Below are positions 40,084 through 50,004 of a stretch of 64,000 nt of DNA, one piece after another. Source of the stretch: Pseudomonadota bacterium (GTDB taxonomy: Bacteria > Pseudomonadota > Gammaproteobacteria > Pseudomonadales > Halomonadaceae); assembly GCA_051749645.1 (NCBI GenBank), contig JBNJIT010000004.1, positions 89,158-153,157 on the forward strand. The letters run 5' to 3'. The stretch's first letter is position 1. The number at the start of each line of letters is the position of its first letter. A program made the position numbers and the translations under genes. The notes under the pieces were generated by a model. The model was not told the DNA's origin. It ran no database searches and saw only the letters and a list, made by a program, of their open reading frames with translations.

Positions 40084-41148
40084 ATGACAATGCACAAGAC
40101 GACTCTGGCCCTGTCCCTCGGTGGGCTGCTGCTCGCCGGCAGCGTCCACGCCCAGGAGAACAAGCTTTACCTGTTCAACTGGACCGAATACATGGATCCC
40201 GACATCATCGAGGACTTCGAAGCGCAATACGACGTTGAAGTGGTGCAAAACTACTTCAACTCGCTGCCCGAGATGTTCGCCAAGCTCAATGCCGGCGGGG
40301 TGTCGCAGTACGACATCATCGTACCCTCCAACTACTACGTGCCGCGCCTGATCGAGACCGGCCTGGTGCAGAAACTCGACAAGTCGAAGCTCGACAATCT
40401 CGACAATGTCATGGAGCAGTTCCGCGACCCGAGCTATGACCCGGGTGCCGAATACTCCGCTCCCTACCAGTGGGGGACCACGGCACTGGTCTACAACACC
40501 GAGACCTTTCCCGAAGCGCCCAAGAGCTGGTCGTTGATGTTCGACACCGAGGTCAATCCCGATCATCCCTTCGCCTTGATGGGCGACGGTCAGGTGAGCA
40601 TGGGGGCCGCTTGCGCCTACCTGGGGCACGGCTACGACTGCACCGATCCCGAGGCCTGGAAGGAGGCCGCCCGGCTGATCATCGACACCAAGCGGCGCGA
40701 TACCTTCAGCGGCTTCACCGACGGCACTCCGGCGCTGCAGCAGCTGGCCCGCGGGGTTACTCATGTGGGCATGAGCTACAACGGCGACTATCTGTTCTTC
40801 AAGGACGAGGATCCGGAAACCTTCGCGACACTGGACTTCATGATTCCCGATGAAGGCGCCGAGATGTGGGTGGATGCCATGCTGATTCCGTCCGAGGCGC
40901 CTAATCCCGACATGGCGCACAAGTTCATCGACTTCATCCTCGATGCCGAGGTCGGAGCACGGCTCTCCAACTACAACTACTACGCCAGCCCCAACGCCGC
41001 GGCAGAGCCTCACCTCGATGAAGTGCTCACCCAGCCGCCGGTACAGCCCAGCGACGATGACATGGAGCGGCTGCGTTTCACGCCCAGCCTCCAGGGCGAG
41101 GCACTGCAGACCTTTCAGCAGCTGTGGTCGGAGGTCCAGTCTCGCTGA
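40084..41148 (+). CDS. Polyamine ABC transporter substrate-binding protein (PotD/PotF family)
   Basis: Signal peptide; FNWTEY, YDIIVPSNY, PYQWGTT, WVDAM motifs. Confidence 0.88.
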   Translation: MTMHKTTLALSLGGLLLAGSVHAQENKLYLFNWTEYMDPDIIEDFEAQYDVEVVQNYFNSLPEMFAKLNAGGVSQYDIIVPSNYYVPRLIETGLVQKLDKSKLDNLDNVMEQFRDPSYDPGAEYSAPYQWGTTALVYNTETFPEAPKSWSLMFDTEVNPDHPFALMGDGQVSMGAACAYLGHGYDCTDPEAWKEAARLIIDTKRRDTFSGFTDGTPALQQLARGVTHVGMSYNGDYLFFKDEDPETFATLDFMIPDEGAEMWVDAMLIPSEAPNPDMAHKFIDFILDAEVGARLSNYNYYASPNAAAEPHLDEVLTQPPVQPSDDDMERLRFTPSLQGEALQTFQQLWSEVQSR

Positions 41149-41203
41149 GCGAGCGGCTCCCGGTCTCGGCCGGGAGCCCGCCAATTTCCGCAAGGACAAC
41201 CCC

Positions 41204-42571
41204 ATGAGTGACTCACAGGATCGGCCGGTCCTCAACGACTGGTTTCAGTCGCACGGCATCACCGAAGTCGAATGCCTGGTCAGCGACCTGACCGGGATTC
41301 TCAAGGGCAAGATCATGCCCGCCGGCAAGTACCTCAACGGCGGGCGTCCGCGTCTGCCCGACTCGATCTTCATCCAGACCGTCACCGGTGGCTATCCAGA
41401 CGACGAGGACATCCGCTTCTGGAATCCCGCCGAGCGGGACATGGAGCTGGTGCCCGATCTCAACGCCATCTATCTCGTGCCCTGGGCCGATGACCCGACG
41501 GCACAGATCATTCACGACTGCCACTATCTCACCGGCGAACCGGTGGAGCTGGCGCCGCGTCACGTGCTCAAGCGAGTGCTGGAGTTCTATGCCGCGCGTG
41601 GCTGGAAGCCGGTGGTCGCTCCCGAGGTGGAGTTCTACCTGGTCAAGACCAATACCGACTCCGACTATCCGCTGGAACCGCCCATCGGACGCACCGGGCG
41701 CCAGGAGAGCAGCCGGCAGTCCTTCTCCATCGATGCGGTCAACGAATTCGACCCGCTGTTCGAGGAGATGTACGACTACTGCGAGGCCATGGATCTCGAT
41801 CTCGACACCCTGATCCACGAAGAGGGAGCCGGGCAGATGGAGGTCAACTTTCAGCATGGCGATCCCCTGCAGCTGGCCGACCAGGTGGTGATGTTCAAGC
41901 GCATCCTGCGTGAAACGGCGCTGCGTCACGGCATGTATGCCACCTTCATGGCCAAGCCCATGGCCAATGAGCCGGGCAGTTCCCTGCATATCCATCAGAG
42001 CCTGGTGGACAAGCAGACGGGCAACAACCTCTTCGCCGGCGAGGGCGATCAACCCAGTTCGCTTTTCCATCATTACCTGGGTGGCTTGCAGCGCTATCTG
42101 CCGGCGGCAATGCCGCTGCTGGCTCCCAACGTCAACTCCTACCGGCGCCTGATGCGTGGCGAAACCAGCGGGTCGGCGCCGATCAACGTCGAATGGGGGC
42201 TCGACAACCGCACCGTCGGCCTGCGTGTGCCCGTATCGCCACCGGCTGCCACGCGCATCGAGAACCGCCTGGCCGGGGCCGACGCCAACCCTTACCTGGC
42301 TATTGCCGCCTCCCTGGCGTGCGGCTATCTGGGCATGCTGGGCCAGCTCGAGCCGCGCCCGCCAATGCTGGGGTCGGCCTGGTCCGGCGGCAACAAGCTG
42401 CCCGACGACGTCGGCCCCGCGCTGGACGACCTGCGCGACTGCAAGGCGCTTGCCGACGTGCTGGGCGAGCGATTCGTCAACAGCTACCTGGCAGTCAAGC
42501 GTGCCGAGCATAGGGCGTACTTCCAGGTGATCAGTTCCTGGGAGCGAGAGCACCTGCTGCTGCGGGTCTGA
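41204..42571 (+). CDS. Glutamine-synthetase-like gamma-glutamylpolyamine ligase (PuuA/PauA-like)
   Basis: SDLTGILKGK, PEVEFY, HEEGAGQMEVN, TFMAKP, NRTVGLRVP and GADANPYL motifs; start at 41204 with RBS AAGGA. Confidence 0.88.
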   Translation: MSDSQDRPVLNDWFQSHGITEVECLVSDLTGILKGKIMPAGKYLNGGRPRLPDSIFIQTVTGGYPDDEDIRFWNPAERDMELVPDLNAIYLVPWADDPTAQIIHDCHYLTGEPVELAPRHVLKRVLEFYAARGWKPVVAPEVEFYLVKTNTDSDYPLEPPIGRTGRQESSRQSFSIDAVNEFDPLFEEMYDYCEAMDLDLDTLIHEEGAGQMEVNFQHGDPLQLADQVVMFKRILRETALRHGMYATFMAKPMANEPGSSLHIHQSLVDKQTGNNLFAGEGDQPSSLFHHYLGGLQRYLPAAMPLLAPNVNSYRRLMRGETSGSAPINVEWGLDNRTVGLRVPVSPPAATRIENRLAGADANPYLAIAASLACGYLGMLGQLEPRPPMLGSAWSGGNKLPDDVGPALDDLRDCKALADVLGERFVNSYLAVKRAEHRAYFQVISSWEREHLLLRV

Positions 42572-42657
42572 GCGGTGCTGGACATGGTCCAGGTGTCCGG
42601 AGACGGTTAGACAGTGCCTTCTTGTAGACGAATACAGACGCAATCGAGGAAGTCGAT

Positions 42658-43950
42658 ATGACGGCAACGGCGGCCACCGATCACGTGGCGTCCTGGTATG
42701 CGGCCACGGCCAACCCCGCACCGGAGCGGCCTGCACTGACAGATGACATCGACTGCGACGTTTGCGTGGTCGGGGCGGGCTTTACCGGGATTTCGGCGGC
42801 GCTGCATCTTGCCGAGCAGGGCCTCTCGGTAGTGGTGCTTGAAGCGGCCCGCGTGGGGTTTGGCGCGTCCGGTCGCAATGGCGGGCAGATCGTCAATAGC
42901 TACAGTCGCGATATGGACGTGATCGAGGTGAAGTACGGTGCCGAGACCGCTCGTGCCTTGGGCGACATGGCTTTCGAAGGCAACCGCATCATTCGCGATC
43001 GCGTCGCTCGTTATGGAATCGATTGCGATCTGCGTGACGGCAATCTCTTCGCTGCCTGCAACGCCAAGCAGCTGCACGGACTGCGCGAGCACAAGGCACT
43101 GTGGGAACGCTACGGCTACACCGAGCTGGAGCTGCTGGAAGGCGAGGCCGTCAAGCGGGAAGTCGACTCGGAGCGCTACAGCGGCGCCCTGGTCGATCAT
43201 GGTGGCGGTCACCTGCATCCGCTCAACCTGGTGCTGGGCCAGGCCGAGGCATTGGAATCGCTGGGCGGTCGCATTTACGAACGGTCACCCGTGACCGGCA
43301 TCGACCATGGCGAACCGGTGGTCGTGCATACGCCATCAGGTCGGATCAAGGCCGAGCGGGTGGTGATGGCCGGCAATGCCTATCTCAAGGGCGTGCTGCC
43401 CGAGATCGAGGGCCAATCGATGCCCTGCGGCACTCAGATCGTCACCACCGAACCGCTCGGCGAGGCCCGCGCCCGAGCTCTGATCCCCAATGGTCTGGCG
43501 GTGGAGGACTGCAACTACCTGCTGGACTATTATCGTCTGACCCGTGACAACCGCCTGCTCTACGGTGGCGGGGTCAACTACGGTGGCGACGACCCCAGCG
43601 ACATCGAAAGCGTCATTCGGCCCAAGATGCTCAAGACCTTTCCGTCACTGGCCGACGTCAAGGTCGAGTACGCCTGGAGTGGCACCTTCCTGATGACGCT
43701 CAACCGCCTGCCGCAGTTCGGCGTGATCAACGGCAACGTCTATTATGCCCAGGGCTATTCCGGCCACGGCGTGACCTGCACGCACCTCGCCGGCAAGCTG
43801 ATAGCCGAGGTGATCGAGGGGCGCAGCGAGCGCTTCGATGCCTTCGCCGGCCTGCCTCACCTGCCGTTCCCTGGCGGGCGCCTGCTGCGCGTTCCTCTGT
43901 CGGCGCTGGGGGCCTGGTACTACCAGGCCCGCGATCGCCTCGGCATCTAG
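42658..43950 (+). CDS. puuB: Gamma-glutamylputrescine oxidase-like FAD oxidoreductase
   Basis: DHVASWYAATA, GAGFTG, GASGRNGGQ, MPCGTQIVTTEPL and QGYSGHG motifs. Confidence 0.85.
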   Translation: MTATAATDHVASWYAATANPAPERPALTDDIDCDVCVVGAGFTGISAALHLAEQGLSVVVLEAARVGFGASGRNGGQIVNSYSRDMDVIEVKYGAETARALGDMAFEGNRIIRDRVARYGIDCDLRDGNLFAACNAKQLHGLREHKALWERYGYTELELLEGEAVKREVDSERYSGALVDHGGGHLHPLNLVLGQAEALESLGGRIYERSPVTGIDHGEPVVVHTPSGRIKAERVVMAGNAYLKGVLPEIEGQSMPCGTQIVTTEPLGEARARALIPNGLAVEDCNYLLDYYRLTRDNRLLYGGGVNYGGDDPSDIESVIRPKMLKTFPSLADVKVEYAWSGTFLMTLNRLPQFGVINGNVYYAQGYSGHGVTCTHLAGKLIAEVIEGRSERFDAFAGLPHLPFPGGRLLRVPLSALGAWYYQARDRLGI

Positions 43951-44104
43951 GCAGTACTGATTGCCTACTGCGCTCGATATCCTGACCGCCGGCGGTACTC
44001 AGAATCCTCATTGTCTGCCGTGTAAACTCCGGTTCTTCCGTTCCGGCGACGGTCAGCCTCTCATCGCTCGTGACGCCAATCAGCACTTCCAGGGCTTGAT
44101 GCAT

Positions 44105-45838
44105 TCAGAACAAGCCGACGATCTCGCCGTCGTCGTCGATGTCGATGCGTGAGGCAGCGGGTTCGGCGCTGAGACCCGGCATAGTGCGAATTTCGCCGCA
44201 TAGCGCGTAGACGAAGCCGGCGCCGGCGGAGAGGCGCACCTCGCGCACCGGCAGCAACCAGCCGGTGGGCGCTCCCAGCAGTGTCGGATCGGCGGAGAGC
44301 GACAGGTGACTCTTGGCGATGCACACCGGAAGGTGGCCGTGGCCCTGGGCCTGGAACGCCTCGAGTTGCTGACGGGCCTGGGGCGCGAGCTCGATGCCAT
44401 CGGCACCGTAGATCCGCGTGGCGATGCGTTCGATCTTGTCGGCGAGCGGCAGCGCATCCGGGTAGAGGAATCGGAAGTCGCTACCGGCATCGGCTGCCTC
44501 GGCGACCGCCTCTGCCAGCTCCACGGCTCCGGCGCCGCCATCTCGCACGTGGGTGGAGACTGCCGCGCGTACGCCCGCTGCCGCGGCGATGTCGTGGATG
44601 ATGGCGTGTTCGCTGGGGTAGTCCGTCGGGAAGGCATTGATGGCCACCACCGGGGTGATGCCGTGCGCGCGGATATTGTCGATCTGCTTGACCAGGTTGC
44701 TGGCGCCGGCCTGCACGTCCTGCGGGCTTTCGTCCTGCATCGCGGCCGGCAGGGGGTGGCCGGGGCGCACCGTGTGCCGGCCCGAGTGGTACTTGAGCGC
44801 GCGTACCGTGACGACCAGAACGGCAGTGTCGGGTGTGAGCCCTGAGCTGCGGCATTTGATGTTGAAGAAGCGTTCCGCCCCCATGTCCGCACCGAAGCCT
44901 GCCTCGGTGACCAGGTAGTCGCTGCCGTGGATGCCGAAGCGGTCGGCGACGATCGACGAGTTGCCGTGGGCGATGTTGCCGAAGGGGCCGGCGTGGATCA
45001 GCGCTGGGGCATGCTCTAGCGTTTGCAGCAGGTTGGGCTTGATCGCCTCCTTGAGCAGGACGGTCATGGCGCCGGCCGCACCGATGTCGTCGGCGGTGAC
45101 CGGCTCGCCGTCGCGGGTCTCGCCCACCACCATGCGGCCGAGCCGCTGGCGCAGGTCCGCCAGGGAGTCGGCCAGGGCGAGCACTGCCATGACCTCGGAG
45201 GCGGCGGTGATCTCGAAGCCGCTCTGGCGTGTCACGCCATCGCCGCGCCCGCCAAGGCCGGTGACGATGTGGCGCAAGGCGCGGTCGTTGAGATCCAGCA
45301 CGCGCGACCAGCACACCGAGCGAGGGTCGAGATCGACCCCGCGGCGCTGGTGGAGATGGTTGTCGATCATTGCGGCGAGCAGGTTGTGCGCCGCCGTGAC
45401 GGCATGAATGTCGCCGGTCAGATGTAGATTGATGCGCTCCATGGGCACTACCTGACTGAGCCCGCCGCCGGCGGCACCGCCCTTGAGCCCCAGGGTGGGG
45501 CCAAGGGAGGGTTGGCGTATGGCCACCGTGGCCCCATGGCCCAGCTGCTGCAGACCCTGGACGAGACCGATGGCGGTAGTGGTCTTGCCCTCGCCCAGGG
45601 GCGTGGGGGTGATCGCCGAAACCACCACGTAGCGGCCACGTGAGCGGCACTCGAGATCGCTCAGTGCGCCCAGGTCGAGCTTGGCCACACCGCGACCGTA
45701 GGGCTCCACGGCATCGCCGGGCACGCCCAGCCGATGGGCGATCTCCTCAATGGGCCACAGCCGTGCCTGTCGCGCGATGCTGAGATTGTCCTGCATGGGA
45801 GGTGTTGCTGTGGACAGTGCCTGGGGTTCGGGGGCCAT
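44105..45838 (-). CDS. fhs: Formate-tetrahydrofolate ligase
   Basis: TPTPLGEGKTT, KGGAAGGG, HAGPFGNIAHG, EAGFGADMG and TMPGL motifs; start 45838 has RBS AGGAG. Confidence 0.95.
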   Translation of the reverse strand: MAPEPQALSTATPPMQDNLSIARQARLWPIEEIAHRLGVPGDAVEPYGRGVAKLDLGALSDLECRSRGRYVVVSAITPTPLGEGKTTTAIGLVQGLQQLGHGATVAIRQPSLGPTLGLKGGAAGGGLSQVVPMERINLHLTGDIHAVTAAHNLLAAMIDNHLHQRRGVDLDPRSVCWSRVLDLNDRALRHIVTGLGGRGDGVTRQSGFEITAASEVMAVLALADSLADLRQRLGRMVVGETRDGEPVTADDIGAAGAMTVLLKEAIKPNLLQTLEHAPALIHAGPFGNIAHGNSSIVADRFGIHGSDYLVTEAGFGADMGAERFFNIKCRSSGLTPDTAVLVVTVRALKYHSGRHTVRPGHPLPAAMQDESPQDVQAGASNLVKQIDNIRAHGITPVVAINAFPTDYPSEHAIIHDIAAAAGVRAAVSTHVRDGGAGAVELAEAVAEAADAGSDFRFLYPDALPLADKIERIATRIYGADGIELAPQARQQLEAFQAQGHGHLPVCIAKSHLSLSADPTLLGAPTGWLLPVREVRLSAGAGFVYALCGEIRTMPGLSAEPAASRIDIDDDGEIVGLF

Positions 45839-45910
45839 GAGGGGTCTCCTGATGCCGGTTGCGGTAGGCGTGCGCCTCGTTTCAGTATTTTCGCCATGAG
45901 CCATCGCCGT

Positions 45911-45947
45911 TTGTGCGCAGGCGTCAACCGGCTTGGTCGCAGCGACA
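45911..45947 (-). promoter_or_regulatory. Tandem GlxA/ArgR-type operator upstream of fhs
   Basis: Minus strand TGTCGC-N8-AG-N5-TGACGC-N8-AA (21-bp period); -10-like AATACT starts at 45889. Confidence 0.6.
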
Positions 45948-46052
45948 CCGGTGCGATGTCTCTGCAGGTGGGGCGGTTGACGTGGCTATGCAACTTGGTG
46001 CCATATTCATTGTCGTTTAACCAGAACGGCGAGATGGCTCCGGGAGGCGAGC

Positions 46053-47096
46053 ATGGAACCCCACGAGTTGCCGGGCGATGGCCAATACGACATCGGGTTC
46101 CTGTTGATCCCGGGGTTCTCCCAGTTGGCGTTCTCCTCGGCGCTGGAGCCGCTGCGGATGGCCAATCACCTCACCGAGCGGCGGCTCTATCGCTGGCATC
46201 TGCTGAGCCGTGACGGTAAACCGGTCACGGCCAGCAGCGACTTGGCGACCGGCGTCGACGCTGCCCTGTCTTCGGCTCCAAGCCTCGATCTGGTGGTGGT
46301 GTGTGCCGGCGTTGAGGTGCAAAGCCATTGCGATCGCGACACTCTGCAGTGGCTACGGCGCCAGGCCGGTCGGCACCTGCCGCTGGGAGCCGTGTGTACC
46401 GGAGGCTACGTGCTGGCCCAGGCGGGGCTGCTCGACGGCTATCGCTGCACCCTGCACTGGGAGCACATATCTAGCCTCCATGAAGCCCTGCAGTTTCCCC
46501 GTGTGACCTTCTGCTCGCAGCTCTTCGTGCTCGACCGGGATCGCTACACCTGTTCGGGCGGCATTGCGCCGCTGGACATGATGCTCACCTTGATTGCCCG
46601 TCAGCAGGGGCTGGGGCTGGCCGAGGCCATCGCCGAGGAGTTCATCCACGAGCGCATTCGTGGCGTGGGCGATCGCCAGCGCAATCCGCTGCGCGTGCGC
46701 CTGGGTCATAGCCACCCCAAGCTGGAGGAGGTGGCCACGCTGATGGAAGCCAATCTTCAGGAGCCGCTCACCCTCGACGAACTGGCCAGCCACGCCGATC
46801 TCTCGCGGCGCCAGCTGGAGCGGCTGTTTCAGCGCTACGTCGACTGTCCGCCTCTGAAGTACTACATGGACCTGCGCTTGATGCGGGCTCGCCAGCTGCT
46901 GCGCCAGACCCACATGCCGATCACCGACGTGGCCATGGCGTGCGGCTTCGTTTCTCCACCGCACTTCACCAAGAGCTATCGAGACCACTTCGGTCATTCG
47001 CCAAGCCGCGAACGGGAGCGTAGACGCGATCGCGAAGCGGCCGCCCAGGCCGCCAGTCCCCTGTTATCGCACTCTCCGGCCGATCATACCGAGTGA
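46053..47096 (+). CDS. GlxA-family AraC regulator (DJ-1/PfpI + HTH; GbdR/SouR-like)
   Basis: SALEPLRMAN, GAVCTG, TLHWEH, TCSGG and LSRRQLERLF motifs. Confidence 0.92.
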   Translation: MEPHELPGDGQYDIGFLLIPGFSQLAFSSALEPLRMANHLTERRLYRWHLLSRDGKPVTASSDLATGVDAALSSAPSLDLVVVCAGVEVQSHCDRDTLQWLRRQAGRHLPLGAVCTGGYVLAQAGLLDGYRCTLHWEHISSLHEALQFPRVTFCSQLFVLDRDRYTCSGGIAPLDMMLTLIARQQGLGLAEAIAEEFIHERIRGVGDRQRNPLRVRLGHSHPKLEEVATLMEANLQEPLTLDELASHADLSRRQLERLFQRYVDCPPLKYYMDLRLMRARQLLRQTHMPITDVAMACGFVSPPHFTKSYRDHFGHSPSRERERRRDREAAAQAASPLLSHSPADHTE

Positions 47097-47099
47097 GGC

Positions 47100-49667
47100 T
47101 CAGCTGCGGGGGCGCAGGTTCTCCGGGTCGTAGAGCGGGCGATACCCCACGGCGGCCACCCGCAGCGGGTAGTGCTCGCCGAAGTACTCCATGATCAGGG
47201 CGTTGCCTTCCCTGGCATCGCCCTCCGGCAGGTAACCCAGAGCGATGACTTTCTCCACCGAGGGGCCGTAGGCGATGCTGGTCACGTAGGAACGGCGTCT
47301 CACGCTGTCGATCAGTACGTCGCCGCTGGCCGGGTCGAGGATAGGGGCATGGCCGACCGGGAAACGTGGCGTTCCCGCGGCGTCGCGATTCTCCTCCATG
47401 ACCAGGGTGCACAGATAGGCGGGCTGCCGGTCGCGTTCGCGCTGAGCGAGATAGGCCGCCTTGCCGTGGAAGTCCGCCGCCTTGACCTTGGGGCGGGCCA
47501 GTCCCGCCTCGTAGAGATTGTATTCGGTGAGCAGGTCGACGTTCTGCAGCCGCAGGCTCTTCTCCAGACGCCGGCTGTTGGCGTAGGTCTCGACGCCCAC
47601 CGGAGTCACGCCCTGCTCATGGAGAAGATCCCAGAGCGCGAGCCCGTAGCTGAAGGGGACGTAGAGCTCCCAGCCCTGTTCGCCCACGTAGGAGATGCGG
47701 AAGGCCCACACCGGCAGGCCGCGAACGCGAATCTCGCGGGCCGTGGCGAAGGGGAAGCGCTCGTCGTCGAGTTCCTCGGGGGCGTCGGCGACGGCCTGCA
47801 GCGTGCGTCTGGCGTTGGGACCCCACAGCCCCAGAGTGGCCAGGCTGTCAGTGCGGTCCTCGACGTGCAGACCCTCGAGCCCGCGGGCCTGGGCCATGCG
47901 CGTCATCCACACGAGGTCACGATGGCCGGTGTCGCCGCCGCAGATCACCCGGTAGCGGTCGTTGCCCAGGCGGACGATGGTGAGATCGCCGTGCACGCCG
48001 CCCCATTCATCCAGGAAATGGGTGTAGACGCCCTTGCCGGTCGGGGTGTCGCCGCCGACCTTGGCGACCGAGAGGTATTCCAGCAGGGCCTCGGCGTCCG
48101 GGCCGGAGACGTCGTAGATGGCGAAGTGGGAGAGATTGATCATGCCCACGTCGTCGGAAAGCGCCAGGTGCTCGGCGTTGGAGACGCGCCAGAAGTGGCG
48201 GCCGTCCCACTCGTCGAGTCGCTCGGGTATGCGCTCGGCGTAGCGCTCCAGCAGTGGCTCGTTGGCCGCGTAGCCGTGGGCGCGTTCCCAGCCGGCGGCT
48301 TCCATGAAGTGGCCGCCGAGCTCCCGCTCGCGGGGCCAGAAGGGGCTGCGCCGGAGGTTGCGGCCACTCTCGAAGGGTTCGCGAGGGTGCACCGGTGGGT
48401 CGTAGATCTTCCTGGCGATCTCCTGGCAGCGCCCGTACACGTAGTCGGGTGTCTTCTGTACCGGATAGAAACGGGCGATGTCGATGCCGTGGGGGTCGAG
48501 CTCCGGCTTGCCCCGGGTGAGCCAGTCGGCGAGTACCTTGCCCATCCCCGGGCCGTCCTTGACCCACACCGCTTCGCAGAACCACAGCCCGCGGGTCTCG
48601 GGGGACTCGCCGACCAGTGAGCCGCCGTCGTTGGTGACGGAGAGCAGACCGTTGAAGGAGTGCTTTTCGTCCCAGCCCAATTCGCCGAGCGCGGGGGTCA
48701 GTTCGATGGCGCGCTCGAAGGCGTCCATGACCTGATCCAGCTCGAGATCGCGCATGGAGGGCGACAGCCGTGCCTGGTGCCGCTCGAGGATGTCCTGGGG
48801 AGGGACGAGTCTGGGCGAGTGGGCCTCGTAGTAGCCCCACTCGAGCTGACCGCCTTCGGTGCTGGATGGGTCGCCGGTATCGCGCAGGTAGGCGGAGTTG
48901 CCCTGGTCGCGCAATAGCGGGTAGCCGATCTCCAGGCCAGTGCCGGCAAAGGTGTCGAAGGGGCCGAAGAAGAGCAATGGATGCTCGACGGGCATCAATG
49001 GCAGGGCGGCGCCGCCCATGGCGGCGGGAATCGGTCCCCAGATGCCGGAGGTGACGATGACCACCGACGTGGCGATATAGCCCTTGGCAGTCTCCACGCC
49101 ATGAATGCGACCGTTGCGTACGTCGATGCTCAGCGCTGGGGTATCGGCGAAGGCCTTCAGGGCTCCCGATGCCACCGCCCGCTCCACCAGTTCGCCGGCG
49201 ACCTGCTGCGAGCGCGGCACGACCAGGCCGGCGTCGGGGTCCCACATCGCTCCCTGGATCAGGTTGCGGTCCAGCAGTGGAAAGCGTTCGGCGGCCTCGG
49301 CGGCACTGATCATGCGCACGTTGGTGCCGAAGGCTTTGCCCGAAGCGACCTTGCGCTTGAGCTCAGCCAGGCGGGCATCGTCGCCGACGCGCGCCACCTC
49401 CAGGCCGCCGATTCGCTGGTAGCGGCCCATCCGCTCATAGAAGCGCTGGCTGTAGGTGGTGGTGTAGCACGACATCTTGTCGTGGGAGGTCATGTAGCAG
49501 AAGTCGGAGGCGTGGGACGTCGAGCCGATATCCGAGGGGATCGACGACTTGTCGAGGCCGACCAGGTCGTCCCAGCCCTGCTCGATCAGGTGGTGGGCCA
49601 CCGAAGCGCCGACGATGCCGCCCTGGCCGATGATGACCGCGCGTGCCTGCTGGGGTAATGCCGCCAT
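47100..49667 (-). CDS. Dimethylglycine oxidase/dehydrogenase-like flavoprotein (FAD domain + GcvT folate domain)
   Basis: GQGGIVG dinucleotide fold, GSTSHA flavinylation-type His, VEHP, RLEKS and SIAYGPSV motifs; start MAALPQQ with RBS AGGAGG. Confidence 0.8.
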   Translation of the reverse strand: MAALPQQARAVIIGQGGIVGASVAHHLIEQGWDDLVGLDKSSIPSDIGSTSHASDFCYMTSHDKMSCYTTTYSQRFYERMGRYQRIGGLEVARVGDDARLAELKRKVASGKAFGTNVRMISAAEAAERFPLLDRNLIQGAMWDPDAGLVVPRSQQVAGELVERAVASGALKAFADTPALSIDVRNGRIHGVETAKGYIATSVVIVTSGIWGPIPAAMGGAALPLMPVEHPLLFFGPFDTFAGTGLEIGYPLLRDQGNSAYLRDTGDPSSTEGGQLEWGYYEAHSPRLVPPQDILERHQARLSPSMRDLELDQVMDAFERAIELTPALGELGWDEKHSFNGLLSVTNDGGSLVGESPETRGLWFCEAVWVKDGPGMGKVLADWLTRGKPELDPHGIDIARFYPVQKTPDYVYGRCQEIARKIYDPPVHPREPFESGRNLRRSPFWPRERELGGHFMEAAGWERAHGYAANEPLLERYAERIPERLDEWDGRHFWRVSNAEHLALSDDVGMINLSHFAIYDVSGPDAEALLEYLSVAKVGGDTPTGKGVYTHFLDEWGGVHGDLTIVRLGNDRYRVICGGDTGHRDLVWMTRMAQARGLEGLHVEDRTDSLATLGLWGPNARRTLQAVADAPEELDDERFPFATAREIRVRGLPVWAFRISYVGEQGWELYVPFSYGLALWDLLHEQGVTPVGVETYANSRRLEKSLRLQNVDLLTEYNLYEAGLARPKVKAADFHGKAAYLAQRERDRQPAYLCTLVMEENRDAAGTPRFPVGHAPILDPASGDVLIDSVRRRSYVTSIAYGPSVEKVIALGYLPEGDAREGNALIMEYFGEHYPLRVAAVGYRPLYDPENLRPRS

Positions 49668-49746
49668 GCTCCTCCTCCTGGTGTGCCGCCTGGGTTGGCC
49701 GTCGCTGTCACTATTCAAGCTAATGCACCCAGCCTGCGATTGCTGT

Positions 49747-49779
49747 CCAGCGACGACTTGCATTTGCATCGTGACGACA
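49747..49779 (-). promoter_or_regulatory. Tandem operator facing the flavoprotein gene
   Basis: Minus strand TGTCGT-N8-AA-N5-AGTCGTCGCTGG; -10-like TAGCTT starts at 49722. Confidence 0.65.
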
Positions 49780-49805
49780 GCGTGAGGCAAAGCGTCGGCA
49801 TGCAC

Positions 49806-49838
49806 TGTCGCTGGCGCCAAAGTCGCTGTCGTCGCTGG
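49806..49838 (+). promoter_or_regulatory. Tandem operator facing the DmdA-like gene
   Basis: TGTCGC-N8-AA-N5-TGTCGTCGCTGG; -10-like TAGCTT at 49864. Confidence 0.65.
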
Positions 49839-50004
49839 TGCCATGGCAGTGGCCAGTGAGCATTAGCTTTACATCAGGGTAGCGCGTTTGCGCGCCTCGG
49901 AGGTCGTCGCAGTCGATCAGTGTCACGTCCGACAGCCTCCTGGCATTCATTCGATTTCGCCTCGCCGCCGGTGCGTTCCGTGGGGCGGGCAAGGAGCGGC
50001 AATC

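Noticed and set aside
41204-42571. glnA (true glutamine synthetase) for either GS-like gene
   Set aside because: Both lack the GSI adenylylation-region signature and lie among polyamine genes, which fits gamma-glutamyl ligases.
49668-50004. Glycine riboswitch or sRNA upstream of the GcvT-family genes
   Set aside because: No glycine aptamer core was recognised, and the repeats are explained by two back-to-back operator/promoter units.
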